Shown here: positions 20,055 to 30,700 of the stretch, one piece after another
How the letters are laid out: each line of letters starts with the position of its first letter
Numbering within the stretch: the stretch's first letter is position 1
NCBI GenBank assembly: GCA_013816805.1
Contig: JACDDS010000002.1
Coordinates: 73,530-137,529, forward strand
Source of the DNA: Chitinophagales bacterium
Lineage (GTDB): Bacteria; Bacteroidota; Bacteroidia; Chitinophagales; UBA10324
Direction of reading: 5' to 3'
Length of the DNA stretch: 64,000 nucleotides
Made by a program: the position numbers and the translations under genes
Notes under the pieces: generated by a model
What the model was told of the DNA's origin: nothing
Database searches by the model: none
What the model saw: the letters and a program-made list of their open reading frames with translations, nothing else

Positions 20055-22058
20055 CTATTTCCACCAATAGACAAAAATCACAATCATTACTGCAATTCCA
20101 CCAAAGAAATAGAGGGCATATTCCTGCACATTGCCTGATTGCAATTTCCTGATGGCTAAAGAAAACTTTCCGGTGCCTGTTGCTATACTATTCATGGTTC
20201 TATCAACAACATTGCGATCCGTCCAGGCTGAAGACTTCCCAATTAAGTTGAAGAGAATTTTTTTTGTAATAAAAAGATAAGCTTCATCAATATAAAATTT
20301 ATGGTAAATAGCCTGATAAATGTTTCCTAATGAATTTGCAATTTTTTGAGGACGACCATTTTCTTTTCTATACAATAAGTAAGCAATAAAAATACCCGTT
20401 ACTGATAGCAAAACCGGCGCAACAGAAAAGCTGAATGGAACCACACTGTGAAACAATTGTCCATCCGAAGAAACAAAACCCGAAAAAGGAACGAAGCCCG
20501 CCAGCAACGTGCATACCGAAAGAATCACAAGCGGAAGCTTCATGCTGAAAGTTCCCTCGCTTGAATGCCTGTTTTCAGATGAATTATTTGAAAGTGATTC
20601 GGAGATTAATTCCGAATGAGTATTAGCTTCCTTATTCCAGAAAATTGAAAAGTACAACCGAAACATATAGAAAGCAGTAATACCTGAGGTAATCAACCCG
20701 ATAGTGTATATTAATCTATTGGATTGATACGCAGCATATAAAATTTCTTCTTTGCTAAAGAAACCTGCAAACGGAGGAATACCTGAAATCGCAAGACATG
20801 CTATTAGAAAGGCGGCGTGAGTAACCGGCATTGATTTTCTTAACCCACCCATGTCTTTCACCTGGTTGCTATGCACAGCATGAATAACTATACCGGCGCA
20901 TAGAAAGAGAGATGATTTGAAAAATGCATGTGTGAAAAGATGAAACATAGAAGCCGTATAACCGGCACCATGTCCACCACTGTAGCCGGAAACACCGAGC
21001 GCAAACATCATAAACCCGATCTGAGACATGGTAGAAAAAGCAAGCACTCTTTTAATATCCGTTTGTGTACAGGCAATGATAGCAGCTAAAAAGGCTGAAA
21101 AGATCCCTGTAAACGCAACTACTTCGAGCGCCGCCGGATCAGAAATAACAAAGACAGGAAACATCCTTGCCACCAGGAAAACACCAGCAACCACCATAGT
21201 CGCAGCATGAATTAATGCAGAAACCGGAGTAGGACCTTCCATCGCATCGGGCAACCAGATATGGAGTGGAAACATGGCGGACTTTCCTGCGCCACCAATG
21301 AATATCAAAACTAATCCCCACGATAAAGCCGAAAAACCCAGAAACGAAACCGTGATTATATTCGATAATTGTGGAGAAGGTGTTGTGAGCCGTTGAATTA
21401 TGGTTTGAAAATCCAGGCTTCCGGAATAAAATGAAAGTATTAGAATACCAATCAGAAATCCCAAATCTGCAAAGCGAGTGACGATAAATGCTTTTTTGGA
21501 TGCTGCAACAGCAGCAGGCCGGTCGTAATAAAACCCAATGAGCAAATAAGAAGAAATACCCACGAGCTCCCAAAAAATATAAATCTGAAAAATATTTGAT
21601 GAGATAACCAATCCGAGCATTGAAAAAGTAAAGAGCGACAGGAAAGCATAATAAGTTGAAAAGCGTTCTTCCTTTTTCATGTAACCCAAACTGTAAATAT
21701 GTACCATCAGGGAAATAAAGGTGATCACTACCATCATCATTACAGAGATGGGGTCGAGGAGAATTCCCATATCAATGGAAAGATCATTTGGACTTCCTGG
21801 TTTTTGCAGCGCAGCACTCGTAAATTGCAGCCAGGTGTACTTTAATGGAACTATAGTTTCATAAGTTTCCTTCACCTTTTCAGCCACAAAAAAATATTGG
21901 TAAGCAATATATAGCGATAACAGTGCGGATATCAACAATAGGAAAGTTGCTATAACCCCAGAGCTCTTGCTGAAATACTTTCTTCCGAATAAGCCAAGTA
22001 ATATAAAACCTGCAAGCGGCAAAAGTGGAATTAAGGTGGCGTAGCTATAATGGCTCAT
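20055..22058 (-). CDS. nuoL: NADH-quinone oxidoreductase subunit L
   Basis: 667-aa antiporter-like subunit (AGKSAMFPLHIWLPDAMEGPTPVSALIHAATMV, FSTMSQIGFM) with the long C-terminal extension characteristic of NuoL. Confidence 0.9.
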   Translation of the reverse strand: MSHYSYATLIPLLPLAGFILLGLFGRKYFSKSSGVIATFLLLISALLSLYIAYQYFFVAEKVKETYETIVPLKYTWLQFTSAALQKPGSPNDLSIDMGILLDPISVMMMVVITFISLMVHIYSLGYMKKEERFSTYYAFLSLFTFSMLGLVISSNIFQIYIFWELVGISSYLLIGFYYDRPAAVAASKKAFIVTRFADLGFLIGILILSFYSGSLDFQTIIQRLTTPSPQLSNIITVSFLGFSALSWGLVLIFIGGAGKSAMFPLHIWLPDAMEGPTPVSALIHAATMVVAGVFLVARMFPVFVISDPAALEVVAFTGIFSAFLAAIIACTQTDIKRVLAFSTMSQIGFMMFALGVSGYSGGHGAGYTASMFHLFTHAFFKSSLFLCAGIVIHAVHSNQVKDMGGLRKSMPVTHAAFLIACLAISGIPPFAGFFSKEEILYAAYQSNRLIYTIGLITSGITAFYMFRLYFSIFWNKEANTHSELISESLSNNSSENRHSSEGTFSMKLPLVILSVCTLLAGFVPFSGFVSSDGQLFHSVVPFSFSVAPVLLSVTGIFIAYLLYRKENGRPQKIANSLGNIYQAIYHKFYIDEAYLFITKKILFNLIGKSSAWTDRNVVDRTMNSIATGTGKFSLAIRKLQSGNVQEYALYFFGGIAVMIVIFVYWWK

Positions 22059-22097
22059 CGACTATAATAGAGTACTAATTAAGTATTTTCTATCGCA

Positions 22098-22412
22098 TTA
22101 AAATTTCATTTCTGTTGCGCTTTCCACATCAATGGATTTATGGCTTCGGTACAGGTTAATAATAATTGCAATTGCAACTGCTGCTTCTGACGCTGCGATG
22201 GTGATTATAAAAATGGTAAAGAAAATTCCGTCGAGCCTCTCAGGATACATGTATTTATTAAAAGCAATGAAATTAATATTTACACTGTTAAGGATCAGCT
22301 CAATTGCCATCAGCATGGTAATCATGTTTCGCCTCGTAAATAATCCGTATGCCCCGATAAAAAATAAGGCAGTGCTTACAAATAATATTTGGTTCAGGCC
22401 AATTTCTTTCAT
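22098..22412 (-). CDS. nuoK: NADH-quinone oxidoreductase subunit K
   Basis: 104 aa with three TM helices and the conserved motifs MLMAIELILNSVN and ASEAAVAIAI. Confidence 0.9.
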   Translation of the reverse strand: MKEIGLNQILFVSTALFFIGAYGLFTRRNMITMLMAIELILNSVNINFIAFNKYMYPERLDGIFFTIFIITIAASEAAVAIAIIINLYRSHKSIDVESATEMKF

Positions 22413-22420
22413 GATTTATA

Positions 22421-23017
22421 TTATTGGAAATTGGATTTTTCAGAAACCGTTTCTGTAATGCCTGAATTTAAACCTGGGTTTAAATCAGCAAACTTTGAGC
22501 TTGCAGCCTGATTCGGTCTGGCCCGCATTGCAATAACAATACATCCGATCATGGCAGCCAATAAAAGGATGCTTACTACTTCAAAAGGAAGTGCAAAACC
22601 ACCCTCACCCGTTGATGTCATCTGATTTCCTATTTTCATGACACTCCATTCAAACTTTTTTTCAGATGGTTGAAAGCCATATTGATAAATTAAAATATAA
22701 GTCAGGAAAAAACCGAAGCTCACGGACAGTATAGCAACAAAAGTGCGGATGAAAGGAGGTTTTGGCATCTCTCTTCCGGATTGCTCCGTGAGGAAAATGG
22801 AAAATATAATCAGCACTACAATACCACCCACATAGACCACTATTTGAATTGCAGCAATAAATTCTACTTCCATCCAAAAAAACAACCCCGCTATACCCAT
22901 GAGTGAAAATAAAAGCCAGATTGCTGAGCGAAAAATTTTTCTTGCCGTTACAGAAAGTATTGCTGTTCCTAAAAGAAAAGCACTAAGGATATAAAAAACA
23001 ATTTGATTAGCTGTCAC
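22421..23017 (-). CDS. nuoJ: NADH-quinone oxidoreductase subunit J
   Basis: 198-aa membrane protein between nuoI and nuoK. It has an NuoJ-like N-terminus and core (AAIQIVVYVGGIVVLIIF). Confidence 0.85.
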   Translation of the reverse strand: MTANQIVFYILSAFLLGTAILSVTARKIFRSAIWLLFSLMGIAGLFFWMEVEFIAAIQIVVYVGGIVVLIIFSIFLTEQSGREMPKPPFIRTFVAILSVSFGFFLTYILIYQYGFQPSEKKFEWSVMKIGNQMTSTGEGGFALPFEVVSILLLAAMIGCIVIAMRARPNQAASSKFADLNPGLNSGITETVSEKSNFQ

Positions 23018-23065
23018 TGATTACAATTAAATCTGAAAATTCCCTTCAATTAAAGACTATTAAAA

Positions 23066-23542
23066 TTACTCAATCCCCGGCCTGAGCTTTGACCCCGGCA
23101 GGTTCAAAACTTTTGTCAGCCTGCTTCGGTCATACACACTGTGCTCAAAAGTCTGGGCCATTTTAATTGCATCGGTTGGGCAGGCTTCTATACACAGGTT
23201 ACACATGGTACATAATTCCAGGTGATACACAAAGGTGTCTATCGCTTTTTTCTTTTTGCCTTCCGGTGTTATATCAGACTTGGTTATAATCTTAATAGTT
23301 CCGTTCGGGCAGGCAAGCTCACAAGCCGTACAGCCGGTACAGGCATGCTCATTATTTTCATCATGAGGCATGATCACTTCTCCCCTGAAACGTTCAGGAA
23401 ATATCAGCGTCGCCCTGTTGTCTGGGTATTGCTGCGTTATAATTTCCTTGTGATGAGTAAAGTAATAACCCGTGCGGCGCATGCCCGTGAGTAATGACTT
23501 TACGGCACCATATATTTCTTTAAAGTAATTTACTAAATACAT
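23066..23542 (-). CDS. nuoI: NADH-quinone oxidoreductase subunit I (2x[4Fe-4S])
   Basis: 158 aa with two ferredoxin-type cysteine clusters (CTGCTACELACP and CTMCNLCIEACP). The N-terminus is typical of NuoI. Confidence 0.9.
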   Translation of the reverse strand: MYLVNYFKEIYGAVKSLLTGMRRTGYYFTHHKEIITQQYPDNRATLIFPERFRGEVIMPHDENNEHACTGCTACELACPNGTIKIITKSDITPEGKKKKAIDTFVYHLELCTMCNLCIEACPTDAIKMAQTFEHSVYDRSRLTKVLNLPGSKLRPGIE

Positions 23543-23657
23543 GAATTAAATTAATTTTGAAAAGTCTTCAATTTGAAATCAAACCGGTACAGCTTCAATG
23601 TTAAATTATTTTTTTAAAAGGCTTCCTGTTTTTCAAAAAAGGTAACTGCTAAAAAAA

Positions 23658-24158
23658 TTATTCCAGCTCAATTAAAACCTGGTTTTTCTCTACAGCATCA
23701 CTCTCTTTTATTTTAATCGCTTTTATTTTTCCCTCTCCAGGTGATTTGATCACGTTCTCCATCTTCATGGCCTCGAGGAGAAGGATGGACTCACCTGGCT
23801 TAAGTTCCTGACCTGCTTCAACCATAATCCTGAGCACTAATCCCGGCATAGGTGCCCTTATAACATTAATTTTTGGAGAAGCAGAATTTTCCATCCCCAG
23901 TTTCTGAAGCAATTCATCAAATCGGTCTTTTACTGCTACGGTATAATGGTTGCCATTGACTTTAATCTCGAAAACTTTTTTTTCATAGTCAGCTTTTATA
24001 ATCTCTGTAGTGAAAGACTGGTTATCTTTTAAAATATGAAATCGCCTGTTATCGATAGCAATAATATCCCAGGAATTTTCCTTGCCATCTATCAGTATTC
24101 TATTATCTGTAAAGGTAATTTCACGTGGAGAATCCTCGCTAACTGAAACCTTATACAT
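23658..24158 (-). CDS. biotin/lipoyl-attachment (biotin carboxyl carrier-like) protein
   Basis: 166 aa. The C-terminal biotinyl domain has the canonical LLLEAMKMEN biotinylation motif. Confidence 0.8.
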   Translation of the reverse strand: MYKVSVSEDSPREITFTDNRILIDGKENSWDIIAIDNRRFHILKDNQSFTTEIIKADYEKKVFEIKVNGNHYTVAVKDRFDELLQKLGMENSASPKINVIRAPMPGLVLRIMVEAGQELKPGESILLLEAMKMENVIKSPGEGKIKAIKIKESDAVEKNQVLIELE

Positions 24159-24251
24159 AACCCATGCTAAATTTTTTTAAAGATAGATACTCTACTTTTG
24201 CCAGTGCTAAAAACAATCATTTAAAAGAGAGATTTCAAAAAATTTTAATAG

Positions 24252-26924
24252 ATGAATCAAAGACTATGTGCAGGTATATTTTTGTTATCGCTAACAATTA
24301 TTGTTGGTTGTTCCACTCAAAGAAATATTGTTACCACAGGTAAAAATAATGATTACCAGTCTAAAAAATCAGATTCTGAGTATATAGAGATTCCTGAAGA
24401 TTCCATTATAATAACTTCTCCTGATTACCGGGGTTCTGCAACTATAGTTAATGATCTTGTTCACACTAAGCTTGATGTAAAATTTGATTGGCAGAAAACC
24501 TATTTATATGGTAAAGCGTGGATCATCTTAAAACCCCATTTTTATGCTACTGATTCGCTTACCCTGGATGCGAAAGGGTTCGATATTCATAAAATTGAAC
24601 TGGTAAAAGCCGGTGGTAATATTCCTCTTCAATTTTCGTACGATTCCATGCAGATAAAAATTCAGCTTGCTAAAAAATATATCTCCGGCGAACAGTACAC
24701 CATTTATATTGATTACACTGCCAGACCAAATGAGTTAAAAGTAAAAGGTTCTGCGGCTATCAATGATGCAAGGGGTCTTTATTTCATAAATGCTGATGAC
24801 AAAGATCCGGATAAGCCAAGGGAGCTCTGGACGCAGGGGGAATCGGAATCTAATTCCGCATGGTTCCCGACCATTGATAAACCCAATATGAAAATGACCA
24901 CTGAAGTCACCATGACTGTAGAAAATGGTTTTGTAACACTTTCTAATGGGCTTATGACCTCTTCAAAAGATAATGGGAATGGCACTCATACCGATACCTG
25001 GAAACTTGATTTGCCTTATGCTCCTTATCTCGTAATGATTGCTGCAGGGCCATTCGCTATCGTAAAGGACCACTGGAAAAATATGGAAGTAAATTATTAT
25101 GTAGATAAGCCTTTTGAGCGCTATGCAAGAGAAATTTTTGGCAATACACCGGAGATGATTGAATATTTTTCAAATCTTTTAGGTGTGGTTTATCCCTGGC
25201 CAAAGTATTCACAAATCGTAGCTCATGATTTTGTAGCCGGTGCGGAAGAAAACGTTACCGCTACAGTTCATATGGAAGGCTTACAGCAGACACCGAGAGA
25301 AAGACTTGATGGTGACTATGAAGATTACATCTGCCATGAACTGTTTCATCAGTGGTTTGGTGATCTGGTAACCTGTGAATCGTGGTCCAACATTACTCTT
25401 AACGAATCTTTCGCAGACTATGCTGAATATTTGTGGTTCGAACATAAATTTGGAAGAGAGGAAGCGGATTTGCATCGCTATGAAAGCATGCAGAAATACA
25501 TGCACCAGGCACTGCAGAATGACGATCCCTTAGTGCGTTATTTTTATGATGACAAAGAGGACGTGTTCGACCGCATCAGCTACGATAAGGGGGGACTCAT
25601 ACTAAACATGCTGCGCAATTATACCGGGGATGAAGCATTTTTTAAATCCCTGCAAGTGTACTTGAACGATAACCGCTTCCAGGCGGCCGAAGTTGCCAAT
25701 CTTCGATTAGCGTTTGAGAAAGTAACCGGAAAGGATTTAAACTGGTTTTTTAACCAATGGTATTTTTCCGGAGGTCATCCGAAGCTTACTATATCTTATC
25801 AATACGATTCAATTTCTCATCAGGAAGAAGTGACGGTAGAACAAACACAAAATTTAAAAGAGGGCAACCCTGTTTTTAAGCTTCCGGTAGCTATAGATGT
25901 TTATGAAAATGGAAAAGTAACAAGGCACCAGGCAATGTTTGATCAGCAGAAGCAAACCATTTTTTTGCCGTGCGATCATGAACCGGAACTGGTAAATTTT
26001 GATGCTGATAAAATTCTGGTCTGTGAAAAAATCGATAAAAAGAGTGATTCCGCTTTTGCAATGCAGATGATAAAAGGTCCGCTTTTTATGGACCGCCTGG
26101 AAGCTTTACAACATTTTAGCAGCGATACATTAAGCCCGTTATATTCAGAGGTGATACAGCACGCGCTGAATGATAAATCCTGGGATATAAGAACAACTGC
26201 TGTTGAAAGAGTGAAGATGAAATACATGACATCTTCAACAAAGAATAAGTTACTGGAAATGGCGGCATCGGATCCAAAATCGTTGGTACGCGCTGCTGCT
26301 CTGGAGCAGATGATGTTATGGAATGATAATACTACTCTACCCTATTTTGAAAAAGCAATCAGTGATAGTTCTTATGAAGTAATTGGAGTGGCATTGGAAG
26401 CACTATCAAAAATGGATTTAGATAAAGCATTGCAATTCGCAAGTACTGTAGAGAATGAAAATGAAGATGCCATTCAGGCGGCGGTAGCCAACTTATATGC
26501 GATGGAAGGCGGCAGTGAAAAAAATAATTATTTTATTTCTGCAATAAGCAACCGCACGGGTTTTCAAAAGTATGCAATGCTGGCGCAATACGGCCAGTTT
26601 CTTGGCAGGATGACACAGCAGCCTGCAGTTTTGGACAGTGGATTAAATGTATTGTATGCTGTAGCAACTTCTGCAAGTGGTGCATGGTGGAACAGATATG
26701 CTGCTGTGACTTCAATAGGTAACATCAAAACGGCCATGCAGGAGCAGGCATCAGCCTGGCAAATTCAGCTCGATAAACTGACTGCAGGTTCTCAAGATTA
26801 TAGCAATTTAAAATTGAGGCAGGAGCAATTATCCTCCACCATCTCTTTAGTCGATGTAAAATTGGCAGCAATTAAATCTGCAGAAAAGGAAGAACGGTTG
26901 CGTAAAATCTGGGGAGTAAATTAA
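24252..26924 (+). CDS. M1-family zinc aminopeptidase lipoprotein with C-terminal HEAT-like repeats
   Basis: 890 aa with a lipobox (IIVGCS). It has a GAMEN-type exopeptidase motif (VAGAEEN), the zinc motif HELFHQWFGD plus a downstream NESFADY glutamate, and a helical-repeat C-terminal third. Confidence 0.9.
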   Translation: MNQRLCAGIFLLSLTIIVGCSTQRNIVTTGKNNDYQSKKSDSEYIEIPEDSIIITSPDYRGSATIVNDLVHTKLDVKFDWQKTYLYGKAWIILKPHFYATDSLTLDAKGFDIHKIELVKAGGNIPLQFSYDSMQIKIQLAKKYISGEQYTIYIDYTARPNELKVKGSAAINDARGLYFINADDKDPDKPRELWTQGESESNSAWFPTIDKPNMKMTTEVTMTVENGFVTLSNGLMTSSKDNGNGTHTDTWKLDLPYAPYLVMIAAGPFAIVKDHWKNMEVNYYVDKPFERYAREIFGNTPEMIEYFSNLLGVVYPWPKYSQIVAHDFVAGAEENVTATVHMEGLQQTPRERLDGDYEDYICHELFHQWFGDLVTCESWSNITLNESFADYAEYLWFEHKFGREEADLHRYESMQKYMHQALQNDDPLVRYFYDDKEDVFDRISYDKGGLILNMLRNYTGDEAFFKSLQVYLNDNRFQAAEVANLRLAFEKVTGKDLNWFFNQWYFSGGHPKLTISYQYDSISHQEEVTVEQTQNLKEGNPVFKLPVAIDVYENGKVTRHQAMFDQQKQTIFLPCDHEPELVNFDADKILVCEKIDKKSDSAFAMQMIKGPLFMDRLEALQHFSSDTLSPLYSEVIQHALNDKSWDIRTTAVERVKMKYMTSSTKNKLLEMAASDPKSLVRAAALEQMMLWNDNTTLPYFEKAISDSSYEVIGVALEALSKMDLDKALQFASTVENENEDAIQAAVANLYAMEGGSEKNNYFISAISNRTGFQKYAMLAQYGQFLGRMTQQPAVLDSGLNVLYAVATSASGAWWNRYAAVTSIGNIKTAMQEQASAWQIQLDKLTAGSQDYSNLKLRQEQLSSTISLVDVKLAAIKSAEKEERLRKIWGVN

Positions 26925-26952
26925 ATCCGTAAGCTTTGATTCATTTCTTTGA

Positions 26953-27465
26953 ATGCCGATCATTAAAACGATACGAGGAATTACTCCACAATTCGGTAAA
27001 AACTGTTTCCTTGCGGACAATGCTACAGTAACCGGGGATGTAGTTATGGGCAATGATTGCTCGGTATGGTTTAATGCAGTATTACGGGGCGATGTCCATT
27101 ATATCCGGATTGGAAACCAGGTAAATATTCAGGATGGAGCTATAATTCACTGTACTTACCAAAAGGCTTTCACTGAAATTGGAAATTACGTTTCTATTGG
27201 CCACGCTGCTATCGTTCATGGCTGCATCATCGAAGATAATGTGGTTATTGGAATGGGAGCCATTGTAATGGACCATGCGGTGATAGAAAAAAATTCATTG
27301 ATTGCTGCAGGCTCTGTTGTCCTTGAAAATTCACGTGTTGAATCAGGCAGCATTTATGCAGGTATTCCCGCAAAAAAAGTAAAAGAGCTTTCTCCGGAGC
27401 ATTTCGAAAATATAAATATGCGAATTGCCCGTAATTATTTAATGTATGCGGAATGGTATAAGTGA
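26953..27465 (+). CDS. gamma-carbonic-anhydrase-like / left-handed beta-helix (hexapeptide repeat) protein
   Basis: 170 aa with hexapeptide periodicity. The motifs (NCFLADNATVTGDVVMG, SVWFNAVLRGD, IGNQVNIQDGAIIH, IGHAAIVHGC) are typical of the YrdA/PaaY gamma-CA-like family. Confidence 0.85.
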   Translation: MPIIKTIRGITPQFGKNCFLADNATVTGDVVMGNDCSVWFNAVLRGDVHYIRIGNQVNIQDGAIIHCTYQKAFTEIGNYVSIGHAAIVHGCIIEDNVVIGMGAIVMDHAVIEKNSLIAAGSVVLENSRVESGSIYAGIPAKKVKELSPEHFENINMRIARNYLMYAEWYK

Positions 27466-27482
27466 TGGCTGATATCGCCTGA

Positions 27483-30400
27483 TTAATTCTGCAATTCTTT
27501 ATGTAAGGAAAAATCTTTTTTAAATTGCTCCCATTTTCCATTCAAATCTTTCCATGCCTTAAGATTTTCTTTTACTGCTGAAATAGTTTGCAACGTTGGA
27601 GTCATATCTGCACCTTGAAGAATATTAAATAACGTTGTAAAAGCATCATCTAAACCAGACAGGCTTGATTTACTATTACCTGCTTCAGAATTTTGTATCA
27701 AAGCCAGTTTCCTGTCCAGTTCTTTTAATCCTGAAACTTTAATACTGCTTGACTTTGGAATTCGGGCGGTAATTTTTTTTCGGGTATTTATAATTTCGTT
27801 TGTTAGGTTCATTACTTCCTGTCGTGCTTCATAGCATTGCATGGAAAGATCAAATTGCTCTTGTAAATCTTTGGGAGACATTTTAACGCGGGGATCCATT
27901 TTTACATTTATAGACTGCGAAAGAGTTTTTCCATTTACTGCAAGCTTTAAAGTATAGTTACCCGGAACAACCCAAGGTGAGGTTGGATCTGGTGCAGTAT
28001 TTTCATAAATGGCCGCCAGGGAATAAGCTGGAGTAACCGTTAACGGAGTATAATGCAGGTTCCATATAAAGCGATGTGCACCTGCTTCACCGGACAAGAT
28101 TTGCTGCGGGCGAATCCAATATAAAGGAATATTCACTGCAGGGATTTCATAAGGTTTGTCATTGCTTGAAAAGTGACGAACGGCCTTTCCGCTGGAATCA
28201 AAAATATCAAGCTGGAGTTCACCATTAACTTTTTCTTTCAGGTAATAATCGATAATTGCGCCATCCGGTGGGTTTTCACCCGCCGGCTCATCAGGTGGTA
28301 ATGGAGTGTCACCATTTAAATTCCACCGCACACGGTATGCTGCCTGTGGACTGAATAAAATGTTGTTTCCCGCAATTAATGGTGCAGAAAGCTGACGCAA
28401 CATCGTGATGTCATCCAGGATCCAAAAGCTTCTACCATGAGTGGCAACAATGATATCGCTGTTTTTAATGATGAGATCCCGGATGGAGGTAGCAGGCATG
28501 TTAAGCCTCAGCGATTGCCAATGATCTCCGTCATCAAAGGAAACATACACTGCCCTTTCTGATCCTGCAAACAATAACCCTTTTCGGTTGGGATCTTCGC
28601 GCACCGTATTAACAGGATCATCGGGTAAGCCATTCACTGTTTCAACCCAGGTTACACCTGCATCCTGTGTGCGGTAGATGTGTGGATGCATGTCGTCCAG
28701 GCGAATCCTGTTCACAGCAACATAAGCACTATTGACATCAAAATGGCTTGCTTCTATCAATGAAATCTTACTCCATGAAGTGATGGCTGCAGGCGTGACA
28801 TTCTTCCAGTTTTTTCCACCGTCTTTTGTTATATGGATTAACCCGTCATCGGTTCCTGCCCAAATGGTATTGCTGTCGAGAGGCGAAGGCGCAACAGTAT
28901 AAATCACTCCGCGGCGCGGCATGCTTTTCATTTCCTCATTAAGATAGACACCAATATTTTCAGGGATCTCCCAGGTTTCCCTTGAAAGATCAGGGCTGAT
29001 TACCTGCCATGATTGACCTCCATTTCTTGTTTTAAAAAGTACATTTCCCGCATAAAACAAAGTCTTGGGATCAATAGGAGAAAACAAGACAGGCGCCGTT
29101 CTAAGAAACCGGTACTTTCCACTTCGCACAGCTTCCGGAGAAATATCCTGTACCTGCTCCGTCAGCTTATTGTACCTGGTAAGCTTTCCTCCATAAATAA
29201 TATTCGCATCCAATGGGTCTGCTGCAACATATCCATACTCCTCCGCTCCTACAGGATGCCATTCCCGGAAAGTAATCTGGCCGTAATTACCCCGTGAAAC
29301 AATACCTACGGAACCACTTTCCTGCTGGCCGCCATAGATATTATATGGAAAGGTATTATCCGCACTCACATGATAAAACTGGGCAGTGGGCTGGTTATAC
29401 CACGAGGAAAAAGATTGCCCTCCGTTCACGGTAATAATCGCACCTTGATCTCCTGCAATTAAGATGATTTCTGAATGATCGGGGTTGATCCAGATGCGGT
29501 GGTAGTCATCACCTCCGGGTGCGCCTCTGAAGGCTGTCCACGTCTTGCCTCCATCTATAGATTTCCACGTGACCACATCGGCAGAGTATACGATATCAGG
29601 GTTTCTGGGATCTGCTTTTACTTCCGCAAAATCATCTCCGCGACCCCATAACCTTTCATCGCTGTTGATCATTATCCATGATTCTCCTGCATCATCGCTC
29701 CGGTATATGCCACCCGATTTTTTTGCATTCACAGTTGCATACATGCGGGATGGATCAGAAGGTGCAATACAAAAACCTATCCGGCTTAAGCCTTCTTCAG
29801 CAGTTGGTAACCCTTTAGTGAGCTGCCTCCATGTATTACCTCCATCAGTAGATTTATAAAGGCCACTTTCGCTTCCCTGCCATTGACCATTTTCCCAGGG
29901 AGCCAAACGCGAAGCCCACAGATCAGCATAAATTATTTGTGGATTTTTCGGATCAATGGCGACTTGTATGGCACCTGTGTTTTCATCTTTATAAAGAACC
30001 TTTTTCCATGTTTTGCCTCCATCCGTTGTCAGGTAAACACCGCGTTCGGGATTTGCACCGTACGGATGACCAAGCGCAGCCACAAAGATCCGGTTTTCAT
30101 CGGCAGGATCTATGGCAATCCCTCCAATCTGCTGCACTTCATCCAGGCCAATGTGTATCCAGGTTTTACCAGCATTAGTGGATTTATACATTCCATTTCC
30201 CACTGAAAGGTCCGGCCTCTGCAGTCCCTCACCGCTGCCTGCATAGACAACCTTTGGATTGGAAGGTGCAACAGCTACGTCACCAATACTGCCAGTAGAC
30301 TGGTCATCAAAAATGGGATTCCAGGTTCTTCCATAATCGGTAGTTTTCCAAACACCTCCGTTGTTTACACCGATATAAAAAACATTAGGTTGCTGAGGAA

Positions 30401-30560
30401 CACCCGCTGCTCCCACGGTTCTTCCACCGCGATGTGGCCCGATCATCCTCCATTGCAGGGAATTGAACAGTGTAGAATCAAATGGCTGGGCAGGAAGAGA
30501 ACATGCTGTAACGCAAAAAAAAGCAAGCAGGAGAATTCTTGTGATGAAAAAATAGTGCAT
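27483..30560 (-). CDS. secreted BNR/Asp-box repeat protein (sortilin/VPS10-like double beta-propeller)
   Basis: 1025 aa with a signal peptide. It carries at least 11 Asp-box repeats (TTDYGRTW, STNAGKTW, TTDGGKTW, STDGGNTW, SDDAGESW, SIDGGKTW, TRNGGQSW, TKDGGKNW, TQDAGVTW, SFDDGDHW). The C-terminal ~170 aa are helical. Confidence 0.8.
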   Translation of the reverse strand: MHYFFITRILLLAFFCVTACSLPAQPFDSTLFNSLQWRMIGPHRGGRTVGAAGVPQQPNVFYIGVNNGGVWKTTDYGRTWNPIFDDQSTGSIGDVAVAPSNPKVVYAGSGEGLQRPDLSVGNGMYKSTNAGKTWIHIGLDEVQQIGGIAIDPADENRIFVAALGHPYGANPERGVYLTTDGGKTWKKVLYKDENTGAIQVAIDPKNPQIIYADLWASRLAPWENGQWQGSESGLYKSTDGGNTWRQLTKGLPTAEEGLSRIGFCIAPSDPSRMYATVNAKKSGGIYRSDDAGESWIMINSDERLWGRGDDFAEVKADPRNPDIVYSADVVTWKSIDGGKTWTAFRGAPGGDDYHRIWINPDHSEIILIAGDQGAIITVNGGQSFSSWYNQPTAQFYHVSADNTFPYNIYGGQQESGSVGIVSRGNYGQITFREWHPVGAEEYGYVAADPLDANIIYGGKLTRYNKLTEQVQDISPEAVRSGKYRFLRTAPVLFSPIDPKTLFYAGNVLFKTRNGGQSWQVISPDLSRETWEIPENIGVYLNEEMKSMPRRGVIYTVAPSPLDSNTIWAGTDDGLIHITKDGGKNWKNVTPAAITSWSKISLIEASHFDVNSAYVAVNRIRLDDMHPHIYRTQDAGVTWVETVNGLPDDPVNTVREDPNRKGLLFAGSERAVYVSFDDGDHWQSLRLNMPATSIRDLIIKNSDIIVATHGRSFWILDDITMLRQLSAPLIAGNNILFSPQAAYRVRWNLNGDTPLPPDEPAGENPPDGAIIDYYLKEKVNGELQLDIFDSSGKAVRHFSSNDKPYEIPAVNIPLYWIRPQQILSGEAGAHRFIWNLHYTPLTVTPAYSLAAIYENTAPDPTSPWVVPGNYTLKLAVNGKTLSQSINVKMDPRVKMSPKDLQEQFDLSMQCYEARQEVMNLTNEIINTRKKITARIPKSSSIKVSGLKELDRKLALIQNSEAGNSKSSLSGLDDAFTTLFNILQGADMTPTLQTISAVKENLKAWKDLNGKWEQFKKDFSLHKELQN

Positions 30561-30627
30561 CGGCCAAATTTAGAAATTCCTGACAGCACTACTATTCGCT
30601 TCTTAAACTTTTAGTGAAATAGTCAAT

Positions 30628-30658
30628 CCCGCATTTGATTTTAAACCTGCAATGCGGG
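30628..30658 (-). terminator. stem-loop closing the permease array
   Basis: 8-bp inverted repeat CCCGCATT (30628-30635) / AATGCGGG (30651-30658), 43 nt downstream of the last permease stop. The T-rich run lies on the plus-strand side only, so terminator function on the minus strand is uncertain. Confidence 0.4.
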
Positions 30659-30700
30659 TTTCTATAGTGATATTTTTTATATTAGGTGTATGTTCGCAAC

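Noticed and set aside
21139-21573. Same-strand alternative-frame ORFs inside nuoL (144 aa and 65 aa), and similar ones inside nuoM and nuoJ.
   Set aside because: They are embedded in CDSs with clear family motifs. Their composition is Cys/Arg/Phe-rich, typical of off-frame translation of membrane-protein genes.
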